From NCBI RefSeq assembly GCF_964204865.1, contig NC_135257.1, forward strand, positions 15,686,001 through 15,750,000: a stretch of DNA of 64,000 nucleotides, in the 5' to 3' direction. Below the pieces are notes generated by a model. The model was not told the DNA's origin. It saw only the letters and a program-made list of their open reading frames with translations, and ran no database searches. This DNA comes from Styela clava (lineage: Eukaryota). Below, one piece after another: positions 45,401 to 57,134 of the stretch (position 1 is the first letter of the stretch; each line of letters opens with the position of its first letter). A program made the position numbers and the translations under genes.

Positions 45401-48400
45401 TGCAATATTATCAATATTCCCTCAAAGTGTTACAAGAATTGTACTAAATGTCATATAAAGGTGTGCCCATGAATTTAAAAAAAAAGAGTGAAGTTTTGTT
45501 TGAAATATCAAGCCCTGATTTCAGAACAACATTTTATAAGCTTTACACTCCAAATAAGGCTTTATGCAAGCAGTCACCGCTAGATTAGGAGCAATCAGAT
45601 TTTTGAATTGCCAGAATCTTTCATTTATCGTCTTTCTTCTCTGGTAGTGAGAATTTGAAACTGTTTGGTAAGTTGTGAAAAGAGACGATGTTTCCAAAAA
45701 CCCAACAAAAATATAACCAAACAGTCTCTATATGCACTTCGTGTCCAATAAAAACATTTCACTGACAAAACAACAATCACCTCTTCACTGATTCCAGTGC
45801 CAGTAATTTTAGCTGAGTCATCTTCAACTTCATTACCTTCTTCTAAATCATCGTCAAGTTGCCGTAAACATATTCTGGCAAGTTCTGAACATACTTCTGC
45901 AGTGATGGGAACCTGGTATGGAGAAACACCCAAAATTATTTTTAAGAAATCCAGATAAGCCTTTTCAAGAAAAATCCTGCAAACTATACACCAGGTTTTA
46001 TGCTATGAACCCAAAAGCTTTTCATCAATTATCATAATATGTTTAAACAATTTTATTTTTCTCTTATAAAATTCCATTTATGTGAAAACCTCGTACCTTG
46101 TTGATATTGAAATCAAGTTCCTTGTAATCTCTAGCAATATCATCTGACAGTAATACATAAAGAATGTGTATCATGATGTGGCTGATCGAGTCGTATCTGA
46201 ATAACAAACAGTAGATAGTTGATTTTTAATTTAAGATCAGTCAAATTGTTCAAAATTTTGCTCTAACTGTGGTTCACAAATTTGCATGACCCATGACCCT
46301 CTTTTAAAGGATCTCTCTCTCTCTGGATAAAGCATTAGACCTAACATTGTAGGTTAAAAATCTTAGGTTCAAATCTCGATCATGTCGATCACCTTACTCA
46401 ATTTTACGGGCGTAGCCAGGAATTTTCAAAGTAGCGGTTCTGAAATTTCTAATTGCCAAGGAAAGCATGAATAAAAAAAGCATTTTTCTGTATCATACAC
46501 AGCAATTTTCCATAGCTTGCCTTAAATGCTTTTTGGACCCTTAAAGGATACATCCCTGGCCAAGATTACACTCCTTATTCATCGCCCATGTTCGGAACGA
46601 AAGACGTGAATATGAGACACATACAAAAAGTAATAATCATTCACAACTTCTCATCCTTACCCTTTCTTTCCAGCAGATAGAGCTTCTGCTAAGGCCCAAT
46701 GATTTGATAGTTTGACTTCTCGAGAAGAAGCAAAAAGAATTGATTTGTAGGAATTAAGAAACTCTGTCACCAATGCAATATCCCCAAACATGGTGTTGGG
46801 TAAATTTCCTGGTATCACGGCAGGTTCAAACATTGGTAGCGGCCTGGAAAAAGGATAAAGTTTAAAAAACTGGATAATATCAGAAAATGGTAATTTGATT
46901 TCTATAATTATCAATAATTTCAAAGTTAGAGCATTATATTATGTGTTCGACTCCTAAAGTCTGCAACTAAAAGACCTCAAGTTTAAATATCAATTATTCC
47001 AATTGGCAAGATCGCCCAGCAGTTGAAGCGTTAGACTTAATAATTGTGTTGGAATCACCTGTTACACATCTTGGGTTAAAATCCCACGCTCATTGTCTCA
47101 CCCAGGGTGTAATTAATTGGGTAGGCAATGCTGAATCGGCAAGATTCCGGTCCTAATAATCATATCTCTTCGCATATTGCTAGATATCAGTGTTTACTTG
47201 TACTTGGCCTTGTTTGAAGCAAAAGGAGGAAATAACAGTTGTATAAAGATGGGCGCTCCAGCCTCCAGACGTATGCACACCAATATGGAGGTAACTAATT
47301 TTGTTTGCCTACTTTACATCAAGTTGTGTAAAGGGACGGAAGCCTACGGGTAGAGGGTATGTATATTCACTTGGCTAACACAGACAGCCCTTGAACTAAA
47401 ATATAGAAAATCGGAATGAAATTGTGGACTTCCCTAACTTGGTACACACGACACACTATGGGAGTACATAAAAATGATTTCTTACTCAGCTTTTCCTTTT
47501 TCAACAATATCCATATCTTCAAATTTTTTATTCTTTTCCTCTCTCTCAGCTGCTCGAAATTGTTTTCTTTCTTCAATCGTCATGCTGTCCCACTTCTTTT
47601 TCCATTCCAACATTTCCCATTTCGATAAAATATCTTGCTTGACGAGTTCAGGAAGATTCTGTCTCTGCTTCTCCGTTAGCATTTTCGCGGCACTATAGAT
47701 ATAAACAGTAAAATAAATAATTTGCTTGTTTACAAGTAGACGAATACAGAGACGTTTAAAATAAATCAAATTTTCACAATAATATAAATCTTTTTATTTG
47801 AAAAAATCCTCCTTCGTTATGCTTGAACTAATTGAGCCAACCATATTGAAAAATATCAATTTTAGAATATGTCCGTAATACTAAATTATCAAATATGGCC
47901 CTCCCTGCATACATGATTGAATTTAGATACGAATATTCTTACTTAGTAGTACAAATAGCGGGGAATATATTTAAAAATTAACCTACTTGATTACAAGTTT
48001 TCTGTATTTGGCTAATGGAGATGTCTTCGCTCTCTTTAGTCGCAGCAACATGTAAACAATGGGAGGTTGTCTCGGAGCTCGCTTTTTGGCAGGAGAGCTT
48101 CCGAGTGCATGCGATTTCTTTGACGTCATCAACATTGTGCCACCTTTTTTCCTAGTAAGTTCAAGTAAAGTTGCTTGTCTTTTCTTTTTTGGACTTGTAT
48201 TTTTACGAGACGATGCTTTGCTCGCTGTTGCCGCTTTCAACAAGGATAAAGGCTTATCATCGTCTTCATCTGACATGTCAATATCTTTTGAAGATGATTT
48301 TTTAATCTTTTTTGTTGTAGTCTTTTCGCTATCTTTTTGTTTTCGCTTACTCCCTCCTTTTTCTTTATGTGTACTTTGTTTTTTACTCTCAGATTTAGGT

Positions 48401-51400
48401 GGAGTTGATGAAATATATTCCAATCCATTTGTTTTTACTATATGAGGAGAATCCCGAAATTTAACTTTAAAAATTGGGGCCACTTTAACAATTCGACTCG
48501 ATGAATTCGGATTATCTCCACTGTTTTCTGGTGAATTTAAATTTTTATGGTGCATGGTTGGTTTTTCATCGGAAGATGATTCCGTATGAGAAACGCCATT
48601 TGTAAGTGGTTGGTGTTGATAGTCAATTGAATCACAAGATTCAACAGAATATGTTGTTGCATTTATGAACTTCTTTTCTTCTTCCGCAGTTAATCTTCCA
48701 CTGAGATTGTACTTTTCGACCTTTATTTTTAAAATGGATATGGATGGATAATATCGAATTTATAGAATCTTCCGGTTAAAACGGCGAGTCAAGTTTGGCA
48801 TGTCAAAGTCAGAGATAAAGTCGAATTTTCAAACTGCCTGGAATTGGGAGTCGAAATTTTGAATTTTCTCAGAGTCGGGAGTCGAAGTTTCATACAGATT
48901 ATTTGACTACTACAAGCTTGTTAAATAGTCCACCCTTGAGATGGCCAACAAGCAGGAAATTGCACCACTGTCAAGTTGCATATTTCAACGACTCTGGTAT
49001 TATCTGGTTAAAATGCTCGGATTCGAGGTATACTGAATTGGAAAGTCAATGCCAAGCCCAGAAGAATGGGTCCCTTCAAACTATAGTCACTTCTTGCCTA
49101 GCTGTTTGTACAGAGACTTATTCAGAGCAGGAGATTACAAATATTTTGTATAGGTAGAAGATTATGAACACCATAAACTAAAAAAAATGATTCGCACCAT
49201 TGCTTTGTTAACGATCCAAATTTTTTGTTTTTTGTATTCATGTCCAATAGCATTAGATCGAATAAAAAGTTTGAGACAAAGTCTTGTCGGACGTTTGGTG
49301 ATGCTCCGTAATGTTTTCGTTGGAACTCCACGAACAATCTAAAATAAAATACGCTAATAGTTGAATTACTGCGTATACATGTTTCAAGCGTTAAATTGGC
49401 AGAGAAATGCTGCAATTTGAAAAAGAAAACAAACTATATCTCAATAAATTTGAATCGAAAAATGCTGACCGACTTATAATATCCCAACTCTAAGCTAAGA
49501 TGCGGATATTCATAAGTATACCTTGTTTTCGTTTGTCAACAAAATATCATATTTCATTCGGTTCATTTCTAGAGATTGACTCGATGAATCTTCCGATGAT
49601 GATTCCATTAATTTTTGACTGTGGTCTGGCGACTTTTCTAAAAAAGATATAAGATCTTAAAATTTTACCAACACTTATTCTGCCTGAGACAAGCTTTCAC
49701 AACAGATTTGTGAGAGACAAGCAAGGTGAGACCATATTCCTTCTAAAATGTGGTTTCATTGTCTCAATGAAGTTTGCTCATATAGGCATAGATTCGTCTT
49801 ACCATTATTTGCATAGAAGTTAATTGCCATGACATTCACATTGTTAACAACTCGAGGATTATTTGCTAAATCATTTTTCAGTGGGCAAAGTAGCCAATTG
49901 GATAATTATGATGTAACAGCAGGTTGAAAGCCGGGTTCGAAATGTCCACCACTTCACCTTGGGCAGGGTGTAATGAATAATGTAGGCAACGGCAAACCGA
50001 ATAATTCTGGTCCTTCCTAACTACGGAAGTCCCTTACCCAGCAGTGACAGGTTGTACAAATCCTTGATTGGAATGAAAGCATATGTCATATAGAAAAAGC
50101 TACCAATATGTTATGTAATTCAGTGTTATATTGGCAGGCAAATATTAAAAAAACTGGAATCAAGATAAAACAAAGTGATCAAAAATAAAGCATCACAAAA
50201 CTAAAAAGTAAAAGTTCAAGGTTCTTTTAGCAGCATTGAAAATGAACTTATTAGTCTGATAGATTGATAAGATAAAATTTATTTATTTATTTTTTCAAAT
50301 CAAATTTGTAGAAGACACTGAAAAACATGAAACATAAGGACATGGTTTATAAATTATCAACTTGACTGAAGATAATACAAAATTGGTAAGAGAAAAATTA
50401 AACAGTGAAAAAGTAAGATATCATTCCATATTTCCAATAAGTCTAATAAATATCTTGGTAGAATTCCAATGTTACCAACGTCACAAAATCTTGACAAAAT
50501 TAACCTTATTAATAACAAAGCATGACCTGTTTTATTAAACATATCTGTTATGAGAGACTGTTTGGATGAATTGTTTTCCTTATCACTAGAAGGTGAACCA
50601 GTACCAGCTGTATTTGAAACATCCTCGTATACTTTGACCACTTTTGCCTCATGTTTCTTTCCAGCCATGGCCTGAAAAATATACGTTACAGATTGAATAG
50701 CCTGTGGTTCCAACATTGTGATTTCAAAGATGTGGTGATAGGCCTCTTAGGTCAAAGTTTAGCACTCACAGGTGTTAATACGGTATTCTTTCAGAAAGAG
50801 TTATGTGATATCATTTGTTATATTCCGATATCAAAAATGAAAAATTCCTGAATTTCCACTATTATCCATTTGAAAGAAAATGTCGAAATATCGATAACTA
50901 GCCCAGTTAGTTATTGATTGGCAAATGGCAACAAAAATTGTACCATAGCATTTTTGATCAAAAATAGAAATGGTATCAGAGTAAGTATAACTAATTGTGG
51001 ATTACAGCATTGTTTCATTCTAATTAGAATCCATATGGATTGAGGATGAAATCATTCGCTTATTTTCGTTATTTCGTATGATGCTTTGATCGATAATTCA
51101 AAAGGTACAGAGTTTTTAATCGAGGTGTCTTACGGTCTGATGCGACTCTGGTAGTAGTTGCCTTCGTGATTGACCGATTTTGATTTTTGAGTTTTTAATT
51201 TGTTTATTAATAAAGAAAATACAATTTCTTACTTCAAATACAACTGTTTCATTGACGAACAATTGAGATCGAAGCAATTTGTAAGATTTATTGACAATTT
51301 TATCAAGAACATCAGATGAATGATGAGTTATTCGCAGGACGTCCTCTTCGTAGATATCAGAAAATGACTTTGACAACCTGGGAGTGAAAAGGAAGATTAA

Positions 51401-52550
51401 ACCAACCAATAAGCCTAAATTGGTATTGCGAATTGTTAAAAAATAGGTTCTAACTTTATTAACTGTTATAAAATGGTACTGGGACAGTGTCTATATGACA
51501 TGTTTTTTTGTCTCTACAGTTATAATCGGTGCAGTAAAACCAAAGTAGCCTGTGTCACATTTTTTAGAAATGGAATTCATTCATCTCCTGTCATTAAGGA
51601 CCTGGGACCATCTTTTGGTCTGTGTTTCGAAGATGTACATTTTTTAGTTTAAATTTCAGGTACTCCCTTAGCTGTACAAATTTGAATATTACAAAATGCG
51701 TTTTTCTCGAAACCTTAAAATGTGACGATATCTCGTTTTGCTTAAAGAAGTTGAACTGTGACGGAACAAAAACATTAGACCAAATCTGATCTAAAAATAA
51801 ATGAATTCAATACATTTCTCTTGTGCTTTTTTCGGATTCTAAAGCCTCTTTATGAGTGAGATTGATATGTCCTGTGCATTGACAAGTCCATAGTTTTCTG
51901 TTATATAACTGAACTCTGTCATCATATTGTCTGAATTTATGACGTAATTAGGGAAAATTCAATCAAAACAAGAAGTTGAATACTCATGAACACAAAGAAA
52001 TTCCAAACCTATCAGAGATGATGTTACGCGAGAAGCTCTATATTTGCATATAATGCAAGGCTATCGTAGTGAAATAAAGAATACTTAAAAATGTGTTTGA
52101 TCACAAAGTAGACCCATTCCTTGCTGCTCTTTAGAAATCCTCTTTTTCACATGTACATATTATTTCCAGTAATTTTACTCATTGCATAAAAACATTTGAC
52201 AAAAGATTTTACAATACAGAAATAGCAATATCAGAATATTCAGATATGATAAATTCAGATAATAGTATTACTGTAATAAATTTTGCCGAAACTGGAAGTT
52301 TTTGAATTGAATACTTGAAAATCATAATTCATTTAGTCATTGTTTATGAAATTCAATAGCATTTCTGTGCACACATAAATATTTAGTTTATTACAGTATT
52401 ATAATATTTTGCTAATGGAATAATTTGAAAAGGATACTCTTTGGATGTGAAGAATTCTCCTGTATGTGGAATTGTATAGGTTTCTGCTGCAGTGTCCAAT
52501 TCCACATTTTCAACTGGACCATTGAAAATATGTCTGCCAAACAATGGCAT
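36442..52550 (-). CDS. BAZ1B: BAZ1B/WSTF (WAC, DDT, WHIM/WSD, bromodomain; no PHD found), roughly 26 coding exons
   Basis: ATG at 52550: MPLFGR...YTIPHTGEFF, then WTCQCTGHINLTHKEA (WAC), LPNTMFGDIALVTEFL (DDT), LGTDRNHNR|YW, SEGIREHQLK, and bromodomain PDYYEIVENP...NAEMYN. Checked exons include 52550-52438, 51930-51814, 51377-51233, 39811-39706, 39397-39267, 39170-39061 and 36802-36442. Some internal boundaries are approximate. Confidence 0.93.
36917..37099 (+). mobile_element. 5'-truncated, diverged copy of the tRNA-derived SINE
   Basis: gggtggttcacataactgctggtc...taatcccatacccgac...ctttcctctcccctgggataaatatctaaatcctatc matches the 3' half of the SINE at 52679-53027. Confidence 0.85.
38201..38415 (-). 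mobile_element. ~200-bp interspersed MITE-like repeat, copy A
   Basis: Reverse complement of 43584-43769 and 47251-47467; short imperfect GGG(C/T)..TCC terminal inverted repeats. Confidence 0.8.
42594..42872 (-). mobile_element. DINE-1/Helentron-like non-autonomous element (HINE), copy 1
   Basis: Homologous to 44139-44431; stem-loop TCGGTCA-G-TGACCGA (42604-42618); subterminal inverted CTTATC / GATAAG; (CAGA/CAAA)n microsatellite. Confidence 0.72.
43584..43769 (+). mobile_element. ~200-bp MITE-like repeat, copy B
   Basis: gacgctccagaagtatgtgtaccgatatggaggtaactaattttgttcgcc...actacgggagtaccc, shared with copies A and C. Confidence 0.8.
44139..44431 (-). mobile_element. DINE-1/Helentron-like non-autonomous element (HINE), copy 2
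   Basis: ACTTATCGA (44166) is inverted with TCGATAAGT (44421); adjacent hairpin TACTTACCGAT..ATCGATAAGTA; (CAGA)n; flanked by AA; no TSD. Confidence 0.75.
44678..44986. mobile_element. hAT MITE (family shared with 57383-57767)
   Basis: CAGTGTTTCCCGACCT / AGGTTGGGAACAACTG; degenerate 8-bp TSD CCTCACAA / CATTACAA. Confidence 0.78.
47251..47467 (+). mobile_element. ~200-bp MITE-like repeat, copy C
   Basis: gggcgctcca...caatatggaggtaactaattttgtttgcctactttacatcaagttgtgtaaaggga...actatgggagtac. Confidence 0.8.
51931..52437 (-). other. U12-type (minor spliceosome) GT-AG intron of BAZ1B
   Basis: 5' splice site GTATCCTTTT; branch-point-like TTCCCTAAT (51955-51947) close to the 3' AG; no strong polypyrimidine tract; the reading frame joins correctly (phase 2). 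Confidence 0.85.
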
Positions 52551-52678
52551 GACTGGCAAGCTGTTGTGAACCAATACTATCCCAAAATTAAATTATATAC
52601 TTATTCAGTTACCGGTATTCAACCATACATATTAATGCTATATCTGTATGAGCAGCAAAAACAGATGTTATAATTACT

Positions 52679-53027
52679 GGATAGGATAGGATAGGATTTA
52701 CATATTTATCCCGGGGGAGAGGAAAGCCGATAAGACGGCTTATCCATATGGCGAACCACGGCCTCTCGTCCGGTTACCATTCCAAGTCGGGTATGGGATT
52801 AATTTTACTGTATTGTTTGTTTTCGGAAGCCTGGACTTGGTGGTGGAGGAAGCCGTAACCGACCAGCGGTTACGTGAACCACCCAACGACGGCGAGGAGT
52901 CCAGCAATCCTCTCGCACATAACCATCCCTGCATGGGATTCGAACCTGCGAGCCCACGCAGAGTAATTAGAGGTGCGGTGGCGAGCGTATTCCTAACGCT
53001 TAGCCCGTTGAGCCACACCGCCGCGCC
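52679..53027 (-). mobile_element. Full-length tRNA-derived SINE
   Basis: Head GGCGCGGCGGTGTGGCTCAACGGG (A box) ... GGTTCGAATCCC (B box), ~250-nt body and (CCTAT)n tail. Diverged copies at 36917-37099 and a tail fragment near 60405-60440. Confidence 0.9.
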
Positions 53028-53289
53028 TGAATTGATTGATAATAAGGCTGTACATAATTATAAAATATTGCCAGTGCTTACGACCAAGCAGCCTTAATTT
53101 TAAAATGTTACATGATTTAACACTTTTAATTCAGGGACTATAGACGTAAAAACAATACTGCAATCCAGAAATATCCGAATAGGCTATAACGAACAAAAAC
53201 AGGTTACCTTGTTGTCGTGATATCAATGGCGCCACAAATTTAACAGACTTATTATTGGAATAGTTGTAATATCCCTTACATAAGGTATC

Positions 53290-53460
53290 GAACGCGTCAT
53301 TCGCGAATGCGCGCACGACAAAAAATTAACGCCACGAAAATGTCAAGAATATCAAGTCGAGGCGCGGGCTCCATTCTCTATAAAGTAACTATTGAGTGAG
53401 TTCATCCCGCCACAACCGATCATGTGTTTCATTCACTGTGACGTATGTAGCATTGACACA
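53290..53460. promoter_or_regulatory. Putative shared (bidirectional) promoter of BAZ1B and RASA1
   Basis: Local CpG-rich patch (GCGAATGCGCGCACG, GGCGCGGG, TCCCGCC) between two divergently oriented genes. A minus-strand donor-like AG|GTAAC near 53207 fits a non-coding BAZ1B first exon. Inference only. Confidence 0.4.
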
Positions 53461-55927
53461 GCTGATTTTAGAAAGACTGTAAAATCACAGTTAAATTAAA
53501 CTGTTGCTTTCTTTTATTATATTTAATACAATTTGTGGTGATTATGAAAATGGAAATTAACAAATACGTAAATGGTGTTGACTAAATGCGTATGTTTCAA
53601 CGATAATCCGTTCCTGTAAAAATGTGTTGCCAAGCATTGTAAATTGTATTTAAAAAAAATTAGCATAACTTTTATTGTTCAACGAATTGTTGTTCATTGT
53701 ATGTGTTTTGTGTATGATTTTTTTGCTGGACAAATCAAAAATATAATTATACTTATTTTAGTAGGGCCACGGAGTATACATGTAGTTCATTCGGGACATA
53801 AGGATAGCATCTTACTTGATACTTTTGTGTCGCACGTTTTAACCTTCATTTGAAGTTTTGACAGTTTTTCTAAATTTTTGTTCTGTGAGTTTGTTTGTAA
53901 TTTTTTTTTTGTATTATTGCATAGTACAAAATAAATTACCATATCATATAGCGTACATAACCGTATTAGCAGCTTATGTACACTGTACAAATACATAAAC
54001 AGTATTGTCGCGGATAGCTCCGTAGCTAGATGGGTTGTTATGTAAAATCTATGATGGGATGGGAAAATTAATGTCGAATTTTGACAGACAAAATTTTCTT
54101 ATTGATGAAATAGTGGATGACATCCTAACAAATTCCATAATGAGTTGAAATTTTTTTTCAATTTAATTAAATACATGTGAAATGTTTAATGTTGCATGTT
54201 TTTTATAGGATATTATTAGTTGGGTTTTTGCTAAATTCTGTTGAATATTAGATATGAATAATACGTTTTACATAGACAGGAAATAGGAAAATCCTATTGG
54301 CATGATAGTTATTCATATTTTCCGTCTAATCTTTATAAATTTTGTTATTCCATGCTAATATAAAATATACCTATTTATTTTCACCATGATGACATTTGGG
54401 ACATCGATCATCTGCATTGTAACTACGATGAATTGCTGATATAGAATATGTGAAATATGATGTAATCTGTGTATGGGTATTGTCTACTTATTTTTCTCCA
54501 CCTAAACGAAATTCAAATAATGCAATTGTATTCCGAACTCGATATTCCACTTGACGAAAAAAAATACATATTCAAAATGTAACATTTGGCTTCTAAATTC
54601 TCGATACAAAAATTCCGTTTTGGTATCGGAATTTATTTGGCAAAAAAAAAGCAACATCTGTGATTGGAGTCTGCTGTTTCGTTGTGGCCACCGTAGTCGC
54701 ATGGTGTCATCATAGAGAGTTGTTCTGTAAAGGTTGTCCGTTTTTAGTATTGTCGTTTTATATTTCAGTATTTCTCAATAGTCGCAGGGTCAGCTTGGGA
54801 TATTTAATAGGCTGAGTGGGTGGATAATGAGAATAATTTATTTGGCCTTAGCCTAGTTTTAGTTTGACACAAAGATCTGCAGTTTAAACAGTTCTATATA
54901 TTGTACTGGTATTACTGGATTAAGTATTTGATTCTGTGTATTGTCAATTGTGGATCAGTCTACTGACATTGGTTAGGGGCTGTAGGGGAGGATTGCATGA
55001 AATTTTTTTTTTAATACTGACTGAAATGAGTGTAGACTATATATATATATATATTTATAAATGTCGGAACAGCCCTAGCTATAATAAATTCTACTGAAAT
55101 GGCAGAATAGGAAATTCCCCTTCCAGCAGTTGGTTTAGTCTTAATGCAATCTCAAGAAACTAACTATCCATATTAAGCGATGTAAGACAGTAAATTAGAT
55201 ATTTAAACCTTGTGTGTCGCTGCTTGATAACCAGCTTCGGTTCCTCGCGACTTTCCTTCCCCAGTAAAACTGTAATTTTCATTTCTTTTCCTCGTTTTTT
55301 CTGTGTTCAATTTTTCTTATTTATATTTATTCACTGGATGGAAAAAATAAACTTGACTTGGACGAGATGCTTACATACAGACATATCCAGATATCACCAT
55401 AGCCTACAGGCATACCGTAATAAATTCAATGGTATTTAGCTCAGACAGCCAGAAGGGTTAATTAATATATGTTAAATGTATTCCTTTATTTGTAGACTAC
55501 AAAATCTGAATATCAATTTTTCATCTTTGTACCTGTATATTTCAACTACACTGCTACAGAAATATGAGAAAATGAAACTTCCTGCCGATGAATAGTCTAT
55601 ATGGATATCAAAATGGATTTACAAGATTGTGACATTATTCTGGATATATAAAGTTTGTAGTTACATGCGGACAATTTTTGATACTGCATCATTGAATTGA
55701 AAAATTGTTCATTGGTATATCTTATTATCTCACTACACGAGTATCTGCTGTTCAAGTATGTCATCTGTTCTGCCTCAACAATTCGTAAGATTTTTTTCAA
55801 TCTTTTGTGCTTTTTGACTGACAAATATTGACTTATTTTCTGTGTAAAAATTTGGCCAAAAATTGGCATGTATAATTAATAGCTCATACTTGTGTTTTTT
55901 TTCTCTATGACAATTTATATACTAGAG

Positions 55928-56732
55928 CAGTGGTTCTCAACCGCCGGTCACTGGTCCGCGGCAAACTTGCTGCTGGTCCGCCAGATATATTCCAATATTA
56001 ACATATTATAAGCAAATTGTAAAATACAACGTATTGACGGCATGTCCCTTAATTTCGTGATTTTTTTCAACTCTTATTGATTTGTAGCACCGGTATTCTA
56101 ACAACAAACTTGGCGAGAGGTCCTCTGCCCATTTCAAGGCTTGAACGGCTGGATGTTCGTTAAGTCTATGATCTCATAACGGCGGCTAACATCATAACGG
56201 AGGAGTTTGATAGCTTATAGTACGGTGCCTAATTGAAAATTTCGCAGTTTGCACGCTCCGTAATTTGACAGTAGGCCTATAATTTAGCGAGGTTTGATAG
56301 TAAAATGGAGGCAAACAAACAGCAAAGTATTAACCAGTTTTACAAAAGAAACCCAAGTTAATAAGAAGTATTTGGAGCTAGGTTTCACTATTGCTCCCAG
56401 CAGACTAAAATTACCACTTCCCATGTGCCTAGTCTGCGCTAGAATTCTTTCAAACGACGCAATGAAACCCGCAAAGTCAACGCTCTACTTCGCCTTACAG
56501 AAACTTCATTAGAACCGCGTTTAACATGTATACTATTAGAAAGGCAGCAAATATTTCATTGAATTGGATTGTCTTCTTCTGCACCTTTGCACCATACTTT
56601 TGTCGCAATTGCATTCTTTTGATTAAGTTTTGTGTTCATGACATTTTTAGTTTATTTTGAAGGTCCGCCGGTCCGCAAAATTTGTTTTGAAATTTGACCG
56701 GTCCGCAAACTGAAAAAGGTTGAGAACCACTG
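55928..56732 (+). mobile_element. Non-autonomous hAT (Buster/Charlie-like) element with transposase N-terminal remnant
   Basis: TIRs CAGTGGTTCTCAACC / GGTTGAGAACCACTG; perfect 8-bp TSD TACTAGAG; YLELGFT...PMCLVCARILSNDAMKPAK (BED-finger region). Confidence 0.93.
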
Positions 56733-57134
56733 TACTAGAGGTTTTTTATTTATATTACATTCATATTTGGATAAATTTTAATTTTATTGTAAAATAATTT
56801 TCCTATTTTTCATACTTTCATGGACTTGGGCAAATTGGTATTTTATTTTTAGACATTTAGGAGTTGCGATAATGGCAGAAATATTACACACTCTATTTAG
56901 ATTGATATAGCAGTTGTCGATAGGTCACGAAAAACCTGTCATTGAGTCCGGAAAGGTAGTTGCTGAATTACAACAGCAAATATAGTCAGAGAAACAATCT
57001 TATAGGGATTGTTTGATCCTTCTGTACACTGTGTGTCCGACAATATGAGTAAATTAAATAATTTATAATAAATAAACTACTTTCAGGGTGGTAGCCATCA
57101 TTCATATTTTCTCAATCAACCCGCAATTGCCAGT

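Noticed and set aside
48059-48445. Antisense and alternate-frame ORFs over coding exons (also 22582-22887, 22656-22988, 26499-26774, 36545-36769)
   Set aside because: Shadows of genuine BAZ1B, ING3 and ZNRF3 exons, with no independent coding signal.
52930-53027. tRNA gene on the minus strand
   Set aside because: A and B boxes are present, but the sequence continues into a repeated body and (CCTAT)n tail found elsewhere in the window. It is a SINE head; ORFs 52740-53018 and 52813-53097 are incidental.
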